Source of the DNA: a virus
Lineage: Duplodnaviria; Caudoviricetes
Length of the DNA: 64,000 nt
Strand: one strand, 5' to 3'
Virus record (IMG/VR): IMGVR_UViG_2882837327_000001
Location: 1-64,000 of that record
The notes below the pieces were generated by a model. That model saw only the letters and a program-made list of their open reading frames with translations, ran no database searches and was not told the DNA's origin. Below are positions 44,838 to 54,394 of the stretch, one piece after another (position 1 is the first letter of the stretch; each line of letters starts with the position of its first letter). Made by a program: the position numbers and the translations under genes.

Positions 44838-45728
44838 TTATCCGATCCTCAGCAGGGCCTGCACATCGGCCTCCACCGCCTTGCCGAAGGCCTTCTCCGC
44901 CAGCGGCTCGATCTGCTTGCCCACGGTCTCGGCGATATGCAGGCCTGGCCGCGCGGGAGCACGCCAGCCCTTGCTGCCCTCCATCATCACCCGGAAGTTG
45001 ATGAACTGGCTGTGGCCGCCACCGCTCTTGCCTTCCGAGGCGGGCTTGTCGAAGCGATACATGCCAGCGAACCGCCGCACCGCCTCCTTGCCCAGGCCCA
45101 TGCGCTCGATGTCGCCCTTGGTCAGCTTGCTGCCGTAGGAGTAGTTGCGCTTCGTGACATCCACGATCTCGCCGCGCCGTTCCCGGATGCCACCGCCCTC
45201 CTGGTTGCGGAACGCGATGGCGCCGGTCCCCGAGGCGCGCCAGCCTACCGAGGTGATGTGCGAATTGGTGCGATCCCCGCCCTTCCACCAGTCGTGGATA
45301 GCCTGCGGCATGCGGGCGCCGATGTTGCTGGTCGGGCCGTAGCTCCGAAAGGGGATGATGAGGTAGCGCTTACCCTGCTTGCTGATGCGGACCTTGAGCG
45401 AACGGCCCAGGATCTGCGTCATGTCGCGGGCCGGTGCGCCGTACTCGATCACCCTGGCATAGGGCAGCTCGGTATAGACCTCGCCCTCGAACTCGCCGAG
45501 CTGGCGGAGCATAATGGAACGGGCATAGGTGCCGGTCCTATTGGAGACGCTGCGGCCGTTTGGCAGCGGTGCGCCACTGGCGTAGGCCACCCACTGGCTG
45601 TGGGCATGTTCCGTCAGCGTCTTCACCGCGAAGGCTAGGTTGGGGAACGCGCCCTGCCCGCCCCCCTGCAGGGCGGCGCCCGTGGGGATCAGGTGGGCGA
45701 TGTCGATGCTGATGCGGAAGTCGCCCAT
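44838..45728 (-). CDS. Neck protein (tail-completion-like)
   Basis: PYARVIEYG..ARDM, YLIIPFR, NFRVM...W..P.RPG. Confidence 0.65.
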   Translation of the reverse strand: MGDFRISIDIAHLIPTGAALQGGGQGAFPNLAFAVKTLTEHAHSQWVAYASGAPLPNGRSVSNRTGTYARSIMLRQLGEFEGEVYTELPYARVIEYGAPARDMTQILGRSLKVRISKQGKRYLIIPFRSYGPTSNIGARMPQAIHDWWKGGDRTNSHITSVGWRASGTGAIAFRNQEGGGIRERRGEIVDVTKRNYSYGSKLTKGDIERMGLGKEAVRRFAGMYRFDKPASEGKSGGGHSQFINFRVMMEGSKGWRAPARPGLHIAETVGKQIEPLAEKAFGKAVEADVQALLRIG

Positions 45729-45734
45729 GGCTCC

Positions 45735-46388
45735 TCACTCCTTCTGCCCAGCGCCGAAGAGCTCGAAGCGGCGCCCGACCACGCGGCGCGGGAGATCCTT
45801 GCCGCCATGGTGTGCCCTGTCCTGCGGAAGGTTCTTGAAGATGAAGAAGGTCGGCCGCCGGCGGGCGCGAATGCTGTATTGCTGCCCCTCGGCCGGCCCC
45901 TGTCCATCTGGCCAGATCGGCGCCCCGCCGGCCTGCATCGACGCCAGGCCTGGCCGGGCCACGGTCTCGGGCCCATTGCCGGTCAGCACGAACACATCCT
46001 CGATCTTCACCAGGTAAGCGGGCAGCCGCTCATCCGGCGCACCGCGCGTGAGCGTGCCGTTCCAGGTCTCCTCGCTGTTGATCATGACCACCTGGTCGCT
46101 TTCGCCGGCGCCGTAGAGCGCGGAATCGGATGGCACCGACCACACCACGTCGCCGCTCTCCCACATGCCGAAGGAGGCCCATTCGCGTGCCGTCTTCAGG
46201 CCGGTCAGCCCGGTGTGCGCCTCGATATGCTTGGTCCAGAAGGTGCCCAGGCCATTGCAGTTGGGACAGAGGTGGTCCGCCGCGCCGCTGTATGGCGTGC
46301 GACAAGGGCACAGGAAGGCGCGCCGCCAGTGGCAGGCCTGGCCCATGTCGCCGAGAAGGCGGTTGAAGGCGGCCGGCTGAAGCTGCAT
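45735..46388 (-). CDS. Head-closure/neck protein
   Basis: AFLCPC...CPNCNGLG.FW motif; position. Confidence 0.65.
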   Translation of the reverse strand: MQLQPAAFNRLLGDMGQACHWRRAFLCPCRTPYSGAADHLCPNCNGLGTFWTKHIEAHTGLTGLKTAREWASFGMWESGDVVWSVPSDSALYGAGESDQVVMINSEETWNGTLTRGAPDERLPAYLVKIEDVFVLTGNGPETVARPGLASMQAGGAPIWPDGQGPAEGQQYSIRARRRPTFFIFKNLPQDRAHHGGKDLPRRVVGRRFELFGAGQKE

Positions 46389-47449
46389 CAGACGAACACC
46401 AGGCGCGGGCCCTGGATGGCGTCGCGCAGCTTGTCCAGCTTGGTCTCGATCGTATCGCGGTGCTTGTCCGCCTCGAAGCTGATGCTCTGGCTCAGGCCAT
46501 CCGCCGACACGCTGCCGGACTGCGGCATCAGCATGTCATCCACGATGGAGAGCAACGCCATGCGCTTCACGATCTGGGCCAGGTCGGGATAGCGCCGGTT
46601 CACGTCCTCGATGCCGGCGCGGTAGGCCACCGCCAGCATGAAAGGCACGCGGTTGCCACCGCCGAGGATCGACATGATGAAGGTGTTGAGCGGTAGGCTG
46701 ACCGTGCCGGTGCTCGGCACGATGTTCACCTTGTTGGTGGTGCCTTCCGGCCGGAGCCAGTTGGCCGGGATCTCGCTCAGATTGCTGCCAGGGTTCGGGT
46801 AGGCGAAGCGGACCCACCGGACCACGCTGATGGGTCGCTGGCGCAGTTCCAGCAGGCCCCAACGCGAGCCGTCGAACAGGGCTGGATCGTAATCATAGCC
46901 GGGCTCTCGCTCCACGCGCTCGCCGGCAGCGGCCAGGGCAGCGGCGTCGGCATCATAGACCGGATCCGCTGGCAGGACTTCGCGCGGCGCAAGCCACACC
47001 CGCAGATGGCGCTCCGCCTCGGCCTCGGCCGCGAGGATCTTGCCCCAGATCACGTCATCGGTGAGCTCGTCGCCACCGAGATGGGACTTCGCCAGCTTCA
47101 CCAGCCGATCGCGCCGGATCCCTGCCACCGCGTCGGGTGGGAATGGGAAAAGCGCGCTGCCGGTGGTGGGAAGGCCGGCCGTGAACAGGAGCATGAAGGT
47201 GCGGCAGCGCACCTGGCCGCCGGGCAGCTCCACGGTGTTGGTGACGCCATACCAGCGCCCGGCCTCGCCGCCGGAGATCAGCGCTTCCGTCTCGTTGCCC
47301 GAACGCTCGGCCACGATCGCCAGGCCTTCGGGCTTGCACGTCCAGATGGAGGTGCTGGGCACGCTGTCCCAGCTGAAGGCGTAGCGGGCTGTCTCGCCTG
47401 GCAACTGCTCAGCCCAGGCGCCCCCGGCGGTTTCGCGGATCGTGCCCAT
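46388..47449 (-). CDS. Head-tail adaptor with an N-terminal fibre-adaptor-like domain
   Basis: C-part SVSADGLSQSIS typical of adaptors; N-part YAFSW...ISGG..G..Y.VTN.V....G. Confidence 0.65.
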   Translation of the reverse strand: MGTIRETAGGAWAEQLPGETARYAFSWDSVPSTSIWTCKPEGLAIVAERSGNETEALISGGEAGRWYGVTNTVELPGGQVRCRTFMLLFTAGLPTTGSALFPFPPDAVAGIRRDRLVKLAKSHLGGDELTDDVIWGKILAAEAEAERHLRVWLAPREVLPADPVYDADAAALAAAGERVEREPGYDYDPALFDGSRWGLLELRQRPISVVRWVRFAYPNPGSNLSEIPANWLRPEGTTNKVNIVPSTGTVSLPLNTFIMSILGGGNRVPFMLAVAYRAGIEDVNRRYPDLAQIVKRMALLSIVDDMLMPQSGSVSADGLSQSISFEADKHRDTIETKLDKLRDAIQGPRLVFV

Positions 47450-47457
47450 GGCTCAGC

Positions 47458-47700
47458 TCAGGAGCGGCTGGCCAGGTCGGCGACGACAGCCGGCAGCGTC
47501 GCGTTCGCCGTGGTGGTGTAGTTGGTGTCGGTTACGCCGGCGTCGGTATCGAGCTTGGCGGTCAGGGCCAGCACGGTGGCGCGCAGCGCGTTGTTCGAGG
47601 CGATCAGATCGAGCACAGCCTGGCCGAGATCCGCATCACGCGCGGCGGGCCCAAGGCGGGCGAGATCTTTGCGGTGCTGGGCGTTCGTCTTCTTGGGCAT
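47458..47700 (-). CDS. Small head-associated protein
   Basis: GGAG RBS; LTAKLDTDAGVTDTNY motif. Confidence 0.6.
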   Translation of the reverse strand: MPKKTNAQHRKDLARLGPAARDADLGQAVLDLIASNNALRATVLALTAKLDTDAGVTDTNYTTTANATLPAVVADLASRS

Positions 47701-47744
47701 GGGCGGGATCTCCGGAAGGAAGGGTCAGGAGCGCCCATGCTGGC

Positions 47745-47754
47745 GTCACGACGC
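47745..47754 (-). promoter_or_regulatory. Late-promoter motif, copy 5
   Basis: Followed by GC-CAGCAT; leadered gene starting at 47700. Confidence 0.7.
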
Positions 47755-47781
47755 GCCCCGCAGGGCGCGCCATGGTTGGCG

Positions 47782-48180
47782 TCAGGCGCCTTCGGGGTCA
47801 TCGCCCTTCTGGTCGGCCTCGCCCTCGGCGCCGCCCTGCTGGCCCTGGTCGGTGCCCTCGCCGCCGTCCTGGCCGGATTGGCCACTTTGCTGCTGGCCGG
47901 CCGCCGCCTGCTCGGCCTGCTTACGGGCACGGGTGGCGGCAGCCTTCTGCGCAGCGGTCAGCGGTGGCTCGCCCCCCGGCGTCGCGCCACCAGTGGCTGG
48001 CGTCGTGGTGGCCGGCGGCTTGGCCGGCACTGCGATGGTCTGAAAGCCGTGGAGGGTGGCGAGCCGCGCCGCTGCCTCGTCGCTGATCTCGTCGCTGACG
48101 AGCTGGCCGCGATCCTCGTTGAAGCGGATGCCGTCGATTTCGCCGCCGGGAAGCGGCAGGGTGTAGATCACACGCGCCAT
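47782..48180 (-). CDS. Small protein downstream of the capsid gene
   Basis: AAAGG RBS; low-complexity C-terminus. Confidence 0.6.
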   Translation of the reverse strand: MARVIYTLPLPGGEIDGIRFNEDRGQLVSDEISDEAAARLATLHGFQTIAVPAKPPATTTPATGGATPGGEPPLTAAQKAAATRARKQAEQAAAGQQQSGQSGQDGGEGTDQGQQGGAEGEADQKGDDPEGA

Positions 48181-48217
48181 GGTGTGGCCTTTCACTCGGT
48201 TGGGTGGGGAGAAGACG

Positions 48218-48245
48218 AAAAAGGCCGACGCTTTCGCGCCGGCCT
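48218..48245 (-). terminator. Rho-independent terminator after the major capsid gene
   Basis: AGGCCGGCGC-GAAA-GCGTCGGCCT followed by TTTT. Confidence 0.85.
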
Positions 48246-48274
48246 CGGTCAGCGGGCCGGGCCCGCTGCGCTGG

Positions 48275-49732
48275 TCAGCCGAACGGCTTCCAGGTGGCGT
48301 TGTTCGGCAGGATGTTGTCGAACATCGCGTGGTGCTTCAGCTTCGAGATGCGAAGGTAGCCGAACAGCATCTGCGCCCACGGCAGCACCGGCTGGCTGGT
48401 CGGGAAGAGCTCAAACTTGAACATCGGCAGCAACTGGCGCCAGGTGATGGCGGTGTCGCCCGGCGTCAGGTTCAGCATATAGGCGCGCGTGGTGCCCGGG
48501 ATGAACACGTTCCGGTCCACGAAGGTGGTGGTGGCACCGGCCTTCGCCACGCGCTTCAGCAGCCGGAAATCGGCCGGCGCGTTGGTCCCGCCCTTGCGGC
48601 TCCGGTAAACGGCGTAGCCCGTCTCCTGACCGCCGGCGGAAGCGGTGATGGTCAGCGTCACGGACTCGCCGGTCGCGATGGACTTCGCGGCGCTGACGAC
48701 GCCGGTGCTCTGCCCCTTCGCATTCAGGCCGCACACCAGCCAGTAATAGGCACCGGCATGCGCGGCCTCAAAGCGGGACGCGGCATCGGCCGCCGCGTTG
48801 GCCACGGCCAGGGTGGGCTTCAGGCTGTCGTTCTTGGAGGCCGACGCGGCGTAGATCGCGCCGCGGGCCTCATAGGGCGCCAGCATCTTGTCGTTCGGGA
48901 TGAACACGTCCTTGTTCACCTTCACGTCGCCATCGGACAGGGCGATGCCCTTCACCGGGGAGCCCAGCTTGATGGCTTCGGAGTTGCCGGTCAGGTTCAC
49001 GCGGAAGGCCGGGTCCAGGTTGGCATCCATGTCGGCCTGCACGCCCTGCGACCAGAACACGTCCGTGGGCACGCCGAAGGAGCCATAGCTGGAAACCGCG
49101 GCGCCAGCCCGGGTGAACGGCTCCACGCTGTTCAGCGGACCACCGCGCATGTCGATGACATGATCGTTGTCCACCTGGCCGGAGGTGACGGCCGCCTTGA
49201 GCTGCGCGGCGATGCCGTCGAACTCGGTGGGGACCACGCTGGAATCGCCTTCGTAGGAGAGGAAATTCGCGTCGCTCAGCAGCTGCACGGCCCCGTTCGA
49301 GTGCTCGGTCGCCTTCGCATCCACGATGTTCTGGGTGATGTTGGCCACCAGGCTCACGCTGCGCCGGGTCATGAGGTACTTGACCATGCCGACGCGCCGG
49401 TCGTACTGGCCCGTCGCATCCTGGATGTCGCCGGTTTCGGTGTTGGTGCTGCCGCCCAGCACGCCGCCGGCTTCACTCTGCTCGGTCCATTCGTCCACCG
49501 TGCTGCCGATCTTGGGCTTCGGCAGGCGGTTGAACAGCACGAAATGCTTGGACTGCGCGATGGTCGCCTGCATCGTCGTGTCCAGGGACTGCACGCGCAG
49601 CGCGCCGCCGCCGGTCAGCGTCGCGGAATCGGTGCCGTAGCCCATCTCCAGCGCCTTCTGCAGGGCGCCCAGGGCGTTCTCGTTGACGGCGCCGGTGCTG
49701 CCGCCATCGAAGTCGATGTTCATCGGGTTCAT
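48275..49732 (-). CDS. Major capsid protein
   Basis: ALQKALEMGYG...GGALRVQSLDTTM start; followed by a terminator; preceded by scaffold and protease. Confidence 0.88.
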   Translation of the reverse strand: MNPMNIDFDGGSTGAVNENALGALQKALEMGYGTDSATLTGGGALRVQSLDTTMQATIAQSKHFVLFNRLPKPKIGSTVDEWTEQSEAGGVLGGSTNTETGDIQDATGQYDRRVGMVKYLMTRRSVSLVANITQNIVDAKATEHSNGAVQLLSDANFLSYEGDSSVVPTEFDGIAAQLKAAVTSGQVDNDHVIDMRGGPLNSVEPFTRAGAAVSSYGSFGVPTDVFWSQGVQADMDANLDPAFRVNLTGNSEAIKLGSPVKGIALSDGDVKVNKDVFIPNDKMLAPYEARGAIYAASASKNDSLKPTLAVANAAADAASRFEAAHAGAYYWLVCGLNAKGQSTGVVSAAKSIATGESVTLTITASAGGQETGYAVYRSRKGGTNAPADFRLLKRVAKAGATTTFVDRNVFIPGTTRAYMLNLTPGDTAITWRQLLPMFKFELFPTSQPVLPWAQMLFGYLRISKLKHHAMFDNILPNNATWKPFG

Positions 49733-49762
49733 GGTGTGTCGTGTTCCTCAGAGAGAAGGGGA

Positions 49763-50395
49763 TCAGGCCTTGTTGACGGCGGCCAGAAGGTCGTCGGGGA
49801 TGGGCAGGCGGTCGTTCAGGCGCGCCTCGATGCGCGCCACATCGTTCCAGCCGATGCGGCCTTCCTTGGCGGCACTCAGGGACTTCGCCATGAGGTCGCC
49901 TCCGGTCGGCATCTGCTGGGCCGGATCCTGCTTCGCGGGGGCCTGCAGCGTGCTCTGGCGCCCGCCGGGCTGCTCGCGCAGCGAGTTGATCATCTCGCCA
50001 TGCTTGCCGCTGGCGTCGGTCAGCGCCTTCAGGATGGGGGCGAGATCGGCAGTCGCGCCGGCGAAGCCGTCGAAGCGCGCGGTCAGCGCCTTCAGCGCTG
50101 CGTCCTGAGCCGTGATGAGGGTGTGCATGGCCTTCATCATCTCAGTGCCGTCATAGGCATCGGTCTCGGTGCCGTCTTCCAGCTTCACCCGAAAGGACTT
50201 CACGAACTCGTCGCTCGGCGGGGCATCGCCACCCTTGCCAGCCGCGCCATCCTGGGTGGCTCCGCCGGCAGGGTCATTCTTGTCGGCGCCATCGGCGGCC
50301 TGCTCGATCTTCTTGTCGTCGCTGAGCTGGTCGATGCCCTGCGCCTTCAGAAGCACGTCGCCGAGCTCGGCTTTCAGCTTGTCATAGTCGGTCAC
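49763..50395 (-). CDS. Capsid scaffold-like protein
   Basis: Helical low-complexity protein between protease and capsid. Confidence 0.7.
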   Translation of the reverse strand: MTDYDKLKAELGDVLLKAQGIDQLSDDKKIEQAADGADKNDPAGGATQDGAAGKGGDAPPSDEFVKSFRVKLEDGTETDAYDGTEMMKAMHTLITAQDAALKALTARFDGFAGATADLAPILKALTDASGKHGEMINSLREQPGGRQSTLQAPAKQDPAQQMPTGGDLMAKSLSAAKEGRIGWNDVARIEARLNDRLPIPDDLLAAVNKA

Positions 50396-50399
50396 GCGG

Positions 50400-51284
50400 T
50401 TACTCCTTCGCGTTGTTGGACGGGGAGGCGGTGCCGGGAAGGCTCGCCAGAAAGCGCTCGGTCCACTCGGCCGCCTCGTCGGGATCGAGGCCGAGCTGTT
50501 CGCCGTGCGAGCTGATGGCGCGGGCGTTCATGGCGAGACCGCCCTTGCGGATCTCGCGCGCCGCGCGGTTACGAAAATCGAAGTAGGAGGAGACGCCGCG
50601 ATCGAGGCTCTGCTTGACCAGGGCCGCGCTACCGGAAAGGCTGGCTGCGTCGCTACCTGCGCCCGCCATGGTCAGCGCCTTGGTCAGATCCAGCCCGTCC
50701 ACCCCCCAGCTCTTCGCGAGCACGCCGTAGGGCACCGTGCTGACGGTCGGCACCGACAGGTTCACGGGGGTCTTCGAGAGGCCGATGTTCACCCACCGCG
50801 TCCGCGTCACCACCGTGCGGCGGTTGCCTTGGGCGTCGATCTCGTTGGAGCGTTCCAGAACGGCGCCACCCACGCTCGGATACCAGCGCTGCGGCGGGTT
50901 GAGCCGAGTGAGGCTGTCCCAAACCAGGTTGGCGTTGATCGCGGTGGGGCCCGTGCCGGTGAAGAGCTCGCCCTTCACCATCACGCGGCTGCGCTCGGCC
51001 TTCACATCCACCGGCCGGCCAATCTCGTAGAGGGCGTAGTCGGCGGGCCCGCGGCGCGGCCCGGTGACGGTCACATGGTCCAGGTCCAGGTTGCCGTATC
51101 GCAGATAGTATTCAGCGCTGGCGGACAGGGCCCGGGCCAGGATCACCTCGCCCTGGTAGTCCACGCTCTCATTGCTGGCCTCGATATAAAGGTAGCGTCG
51201 GCCGCTCTCCTCGGCCGGGCGCGCCTTCAGCATCCCGCCAATCGACAGGAACTCGCAGGCCTCAGCGGCGGCAGCGTCGAACAT
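50400..51284 (-). CDS. Prohead protease
   Basis: ASNESVDYQGE, NLDLDH, IGRP, YPSVGG motifs; RBS GAGGGG before MFDAAA. Confidence 0.75.
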   Translation of the reverse strand: MFDAAAAEACEFLSIGGMLKARPAEESGRRYLYIEASNESVDYQGEVILARALSASAEYYLRYGNLDLDHVTVTGPRRGPADYALYEIGRPVDVKAERSRVMVKGELFTGTGPTAINANLVWDSLTRLNPPQRWYPSVGGAVLERSNEIDAQGNRRTVVTRTRWVNIGLSKTPVNLSVPTVSTVPYGVLAKSWGVDGLDLTKALTMAGAGSDAASLSGSAALVKQSLDRGVSSYFDFRNRAAREIRKGGLAMNARAISSHGEQLGLDPDEAAEWTERFLASLPGTASPSNNAKE

Positions 51285-51305
51285 GAACCCCCTCGAAAAC
51301 GACAA

Positions 51306-51349
51306 AGCCGCCCGCCCCGCGCCGGGGGATCCGGGCGGGTGGGGCGGCT
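51306..51349 (-). terminator. GC-rich hairpin followed by UUUGUCGUUUU in the protease leader
   Basis: Arms 51306-51325 and 51331-51349 pair with a few mismatches. Confidence 0.55.
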
Positions 51350-51404
51350 CATGGAAAAGCCCTTGACTGGCGCCTGGCGGGCGCCGCGATGCGATTAGCC
51401 TGCC

Positions 51405-51414
51405 GTCACGACGC
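51405..51414 (-). promoter_or_regulatory. Late-promoter motif, copy 6
   Basis: Followed by GG-CAGGCT; overlaps the Acb1-like stop codon. Confidence 0.7.
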
Positions 51415-51918
51415 GCGGGGGGCGAACACCAGAAGCCGTGGCGGCAGGGCCAGCGGCGTCTCGACGTGCTCCTTGTTCGCGCTCTCCCGGACCTCCTGGA
51501 AGCGTTCAGGTCCTAGGATCAGCGGGCCGGCGTAGGGCTGCATCTGCTCGGGCGGCGTCGGCCAGCCACCAGGTGGCGCGCGATAGCTGACGGTCACATG
51601 CGGGTGGTAGCTGTCGTGATCCCAGCTCGCCCCAGCCTGCCGGAAGCGGCGCCAGCGCTGTTCGAGCGCCGAGGAGTGGAAGCGCAGCACCACAGCCTTG
51701 CCCAACTCCATCACCTTGGTGCTGCGGTCGGGCGGGAGCTGCAACGCGAGCTGGTCGGTGGCGGGAGGCACCTTGTGCCAGTCCACCGCCTCCTTGGAGA
51801 AGGCGACGGTGACGTGCATGTCGTCTGCCGGCAGCGCAGTGCTGAAGCCGGCCACGCGCGCCCAGGCGCGTATCGCGGCGGCATTTAGCACCGGGCGGCA
51901 GACATACAGGCTGCGCAT
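51406..51918 (-). CDS. acb1: Acb1-like 2H phosphoesterase (putative anti-CBASS nuclease)
   Basis: Two HxT motifs (DMHVTVAFS, YHPHVTVSY) and SLYVCRPVLNAAAIRAWA N-terminus. Confidence 0.75.
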   Translation of the reverse strand: MRSLYVCRPVLNAAAIRAWARVAGFSTALPADDMHVTVAFSKEAVDWHKVPPATDQLALQLPPDRSTKVMELGKAVVLRFHSSALEQRWRRFRQAGASWDHDSYHPHVTVSYRAPPGGWPTPPEQMQPYAGPLILGPERFQEVRESANKEHVETPLALPPRLLVFAPRAS

Positions 51919-52403
51919 CAGGCTGCCGCGATGCCGCCGGCGATCGCGGCGCCGAAGACGCATTCAGCGCTCTCGACGGGGTATCGGTCGGTGATCTGCC
52001 AGCAGATGGCGTAGATCACGCCACAGGTGCCGCCGACCAGCAGCAGCCAGGTGCCGTCGCCCGTGCCAGTCAGCACGAACAGCAGCGCCGCCGGGCCCGT
52101 CCAGATGAAGCCCCGGAGCGTGTGCCAGGCGATATCACCCCAAAGGGTGCCGTGCTGCCGGCCCATGTCCAGGGATCCCCACCAGGGGGCGAGGGCGCCG
52201 ACATAGAGGGCGAGCGCGAGCTGAGGCGCGAAGATCAGGGGGATGCCGGCGAGCGGCACAGCCGCGAAGGCAACGCTCGTGGCCCACATGATGCGGGCGG
52301 TGGTGGCGCCGCGGCCGGCCAGCCGCTCGAATGTCTGGGATCCGCGGAGGCGGAAGGTCGCGGCGCCGAGCGCGAGGAGGATCAGGATGAAAAGGAATTG
52401 CAT
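51918..52403 (-). CDS. Multi-pass membrane protein coupled to the Acb1-like gene
   Basis: Four to five hydrophobic segments; TGA overlaps the next ATG. Confidence 0.7.
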   Translation of the reverse strand: MQFLFILILLALGAATFRLRGSQTFERLAGRGATTARIMWATSVAFAAVPLAGIPLIFAPQLALALYVGALAPWWGSLDMGRQHGTLWGDIAWHTLRGFIWTGPAALLFVLTGTGDGTWLLLVGGTCGVIYAICWQITDRYPVESAECVFGAAIAGGIAAA

Positions 52404-52436
52404 GGGAAGCTCCGGGGTGGAGCCTCCCATGCTGTT

Positions 52437-52446
52437 GTCACGACGC
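52437..52446 (-). promoter_or_regulatory. Late-promoter motif, copy 7
   Basis: Followed by AA-CAGCAT. Confidence 0.7.
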
Positions 52447-52448
52447 CG

Positions 52449-53735
52449 TTAAACGGGGTCGGTCGCGCCCTTGGCGGCCCAGATACCCTGGTGGACGATC
52501 ATGTTCGCGGCGCTCGCCCAGCGCGGATTGGTCGCACCATAGTCCCAGTTGTTCGCATGCATATTGACGAACGCCCAGTGGGCGTTGGGGCTGTTGTTCT
52601 CGAAGGCATACCAGGTGCCGCCCCAGCCCAGGCAGTTCATGCCCATGCGATCGCCGGAGAGGGTCTGGATGTCCACGCGATGGCCGCTGCCGCCGAAGCC
52701 GACCCAGCCGACCGGGCACATCTCGCCATGCAGGTGGTTGATGACGAAGTAGCAGCTCGAACCCTCGGCGAGGTGGATCGGGTAGCCCCAGGTGAAGCGA
52801 GCGCCGACTTCCTCGCCGACTTCACGGATCGGCTTCTCCGCCTGGTGCTTCATCTCGTGGATGTTCACCGTCGCGTTGGTCTGCGTGCAGTGGATGCCCA
52901 GCATGCTCAGGTCCGAGAAGAAGTGCTTGATCGTGAGATCGCGCACCGGGGCGGACCCACCGGCGGCCAGGACCACGCCGATCTGATAGCCGAAGGTGAA
53001 CAGGCTCTCGATGACCAGGCCATCGGCGCGATACAGCACGATGCCGCGGCCGCTCTGCTGACGGTACTTCTTCGTGTCGTAGGTCGGCGTGCCCGGGCCG
53101 GGGCGCGTGGCATCCGCCTCGCTCTTGTCGTAGCCGTAGTTGAACGGCCAGAAGTGGATGCGACCCATGTGGATCACGTCCATCGCTTCCTCGACCTGGA
53201 TGCCGGTCAGCATCGGATCGCCGAAGATGGCGTCCAGGTGCGAACGGCCGGCCTTGTAGAGGCGGATGCCCTGGGCCAGGCGATGCAGGCCCACGTTGAA
53301 GACGGTGATCATGCCGTTCAGCGGGCTGACCGTATCGGTGTCGATGGCGAATGCCATCATGCCGCTGGTCGGCACATTGCCCATGGACTCATCGCCGATC
53401 TGGCCGTCGATGATGAGATCGGTCACGCCGCCGCCGCGGGCATTCTCGGTGCTGAACAGGAACACCGGCTGCGCGCCGTTATAGAGGATGCGCGTGCCGC
53501 CCGGGGCGCCCACCCATTCCCGGCGGCCAGCGCCCTGGAACGTCACCGGCTTGGTCACGGTGATCGTGGTGTTCATGAAGTGCTCGCCGGCGGGCAGGAT
53601 CACGCGGCCGCCGCTGGCGGGAAGGGCGGCGACAGCCAGCGCTACAGCGCCGGAGATATCGGTGTAATCGACGCCAGGGTGAGCAACGGTGACGGTGGGC
53701 AGCTTGATTGCGGTATCGGGCACGAAGGGCTCCAT
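52449..53735 (-). CDS. Right-handed beta-helix protein (pectate-lyase/depolymerase-like)
   Basis: DISGAVALAVAAL...GGRVILPAG.H....I......FQGAG Pectate_lyase_3-like start; beta-rich repeats. Confidence 0.7.
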   Translation of the reverse strand: MEPFVPDTAIKLPTVTVAHPGVDYTDISGAVALAVAALPASGGRVILPAGEHFMNTTITVTKPVTFQGAGRREWVGAPGGTRILYNGAQPVFLFSTENARGGGVTDLIIDGQIGDESMGNVPTSGMMAFAIDTDTVSPLNGMITVFNVGLHRLAQGIRLYKAGRSHLDAIFGDPMLTGIQVEEAMDVIHMGRIHFWPFNYGYDKSEADATRPGPGTPTYDTKKYRQQSGRGIVLYRADGLVIESLFTFGYQIGVVLAAGGSAPVRDLTIKHFFSDLSMLGIHCTQTNATVNIHEMKHQAEKPIREVGEEVGARFTWGYPIHLAEGSSCYFVINHLHGEMCPVGWVGFGGSGHRVDIQTLSGDRMGMNCLGWGGTWYAFENNSPNAHWAFVNMHANNWDYGATNPRWASAANMIVHQGIWAAKGATDPV

Positions 53736-53759
53736 GGTTGGTGGAGCCCCTAAACTTTC

Positions 53760-53769
53760 GTCACGACGC
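53760..53769 (-). promoter_or_regulatory. Late-promoter motif, copy 8
   Basis: Followed by GA-AAGTTT. Confidence 0.7.
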
Positions 53770-54156
53770 GCTCGGGGGAGGAGGGGGGCGGCCGTAGAAG
53801 GCCTCATTTCGAGCTCGCCGCTCCGCCATGTCGTCCAGCATCCGGCGGTTCTTAGCGTCGTATTCGCGCCGGGCCTGCTCCTCGCTGGCGCGCAGCATTT
53901 CGGTCACGCGCTCGATCACCTTGCGGAGCTGGACGCGGGCGATGAAAGGAACCTCCCAACGCCGGTGATGCGGGTTCCACCGGGCGCCCTCGATCGCGTT
54001 GATGAGGCGGGCGGTCTCGGCGGTGTGGTGCAGGGTGATGAGGTGCATGCGGTCTTCGCGCCGGCGGCGCACCTTCACCTCGTCAGTAGACATGGGCTGG
54101 CCGCTGGCCAGATCGGCCTCCGCGCGGGCCAGGGTCTGGGACATGAGCTTACTCAT
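53761..54156 (-). CDS. Hypothetical protein with a HARP-like segment
   Basis: INAIEGARWNPHHRRWEVP. Confidence 0.55.
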   Translation of the reverse strand: MSKLMSQTLARAEADLASGQPMSTDEVKVRRRREDRMHLITLHHTAETARLINAIEGARWNPHHRRWEVPFIARVQLRKVIERVTEMLRASEEQARREYDAKNRRMLDDMAERRARNEAFYGRPPPPPSAS

Positions 54157-54394
54157 GGGCGCTGCCTTCCGCCGGTGATGCTGCCCGCGCTCGTGGGGCG
54201 TTCCCTTTGAAGACCAGGAGGAGGCGCGCGCTGAGCGCCTTGGCCAGTTCCCCCTCGACCGGCACGTCGCCCTTGCACTTCGGGCAGATCATGGACACGC
54301 CCTCTGCCTTCAGCAGGATGCCCCGGCTACGGATCAGCGGCTCGCCGGTGGCGGAGATCTGGCCGAGGTTCGCAGCGCAATGCCGGCACTTCAT
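54149..54394 (-). CDS. Small zinc-ribbon protein
   Basis: CRHC and CPKC motifs. Confidence 0.7.
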   Translation of the reverse strand: MKCRHCAANLGQISATGEPLIRSRGILLKAEGVSMICPKCKGDVPVEGELAKALSARLLLVFKGNAPRARAASPAEGSAHE

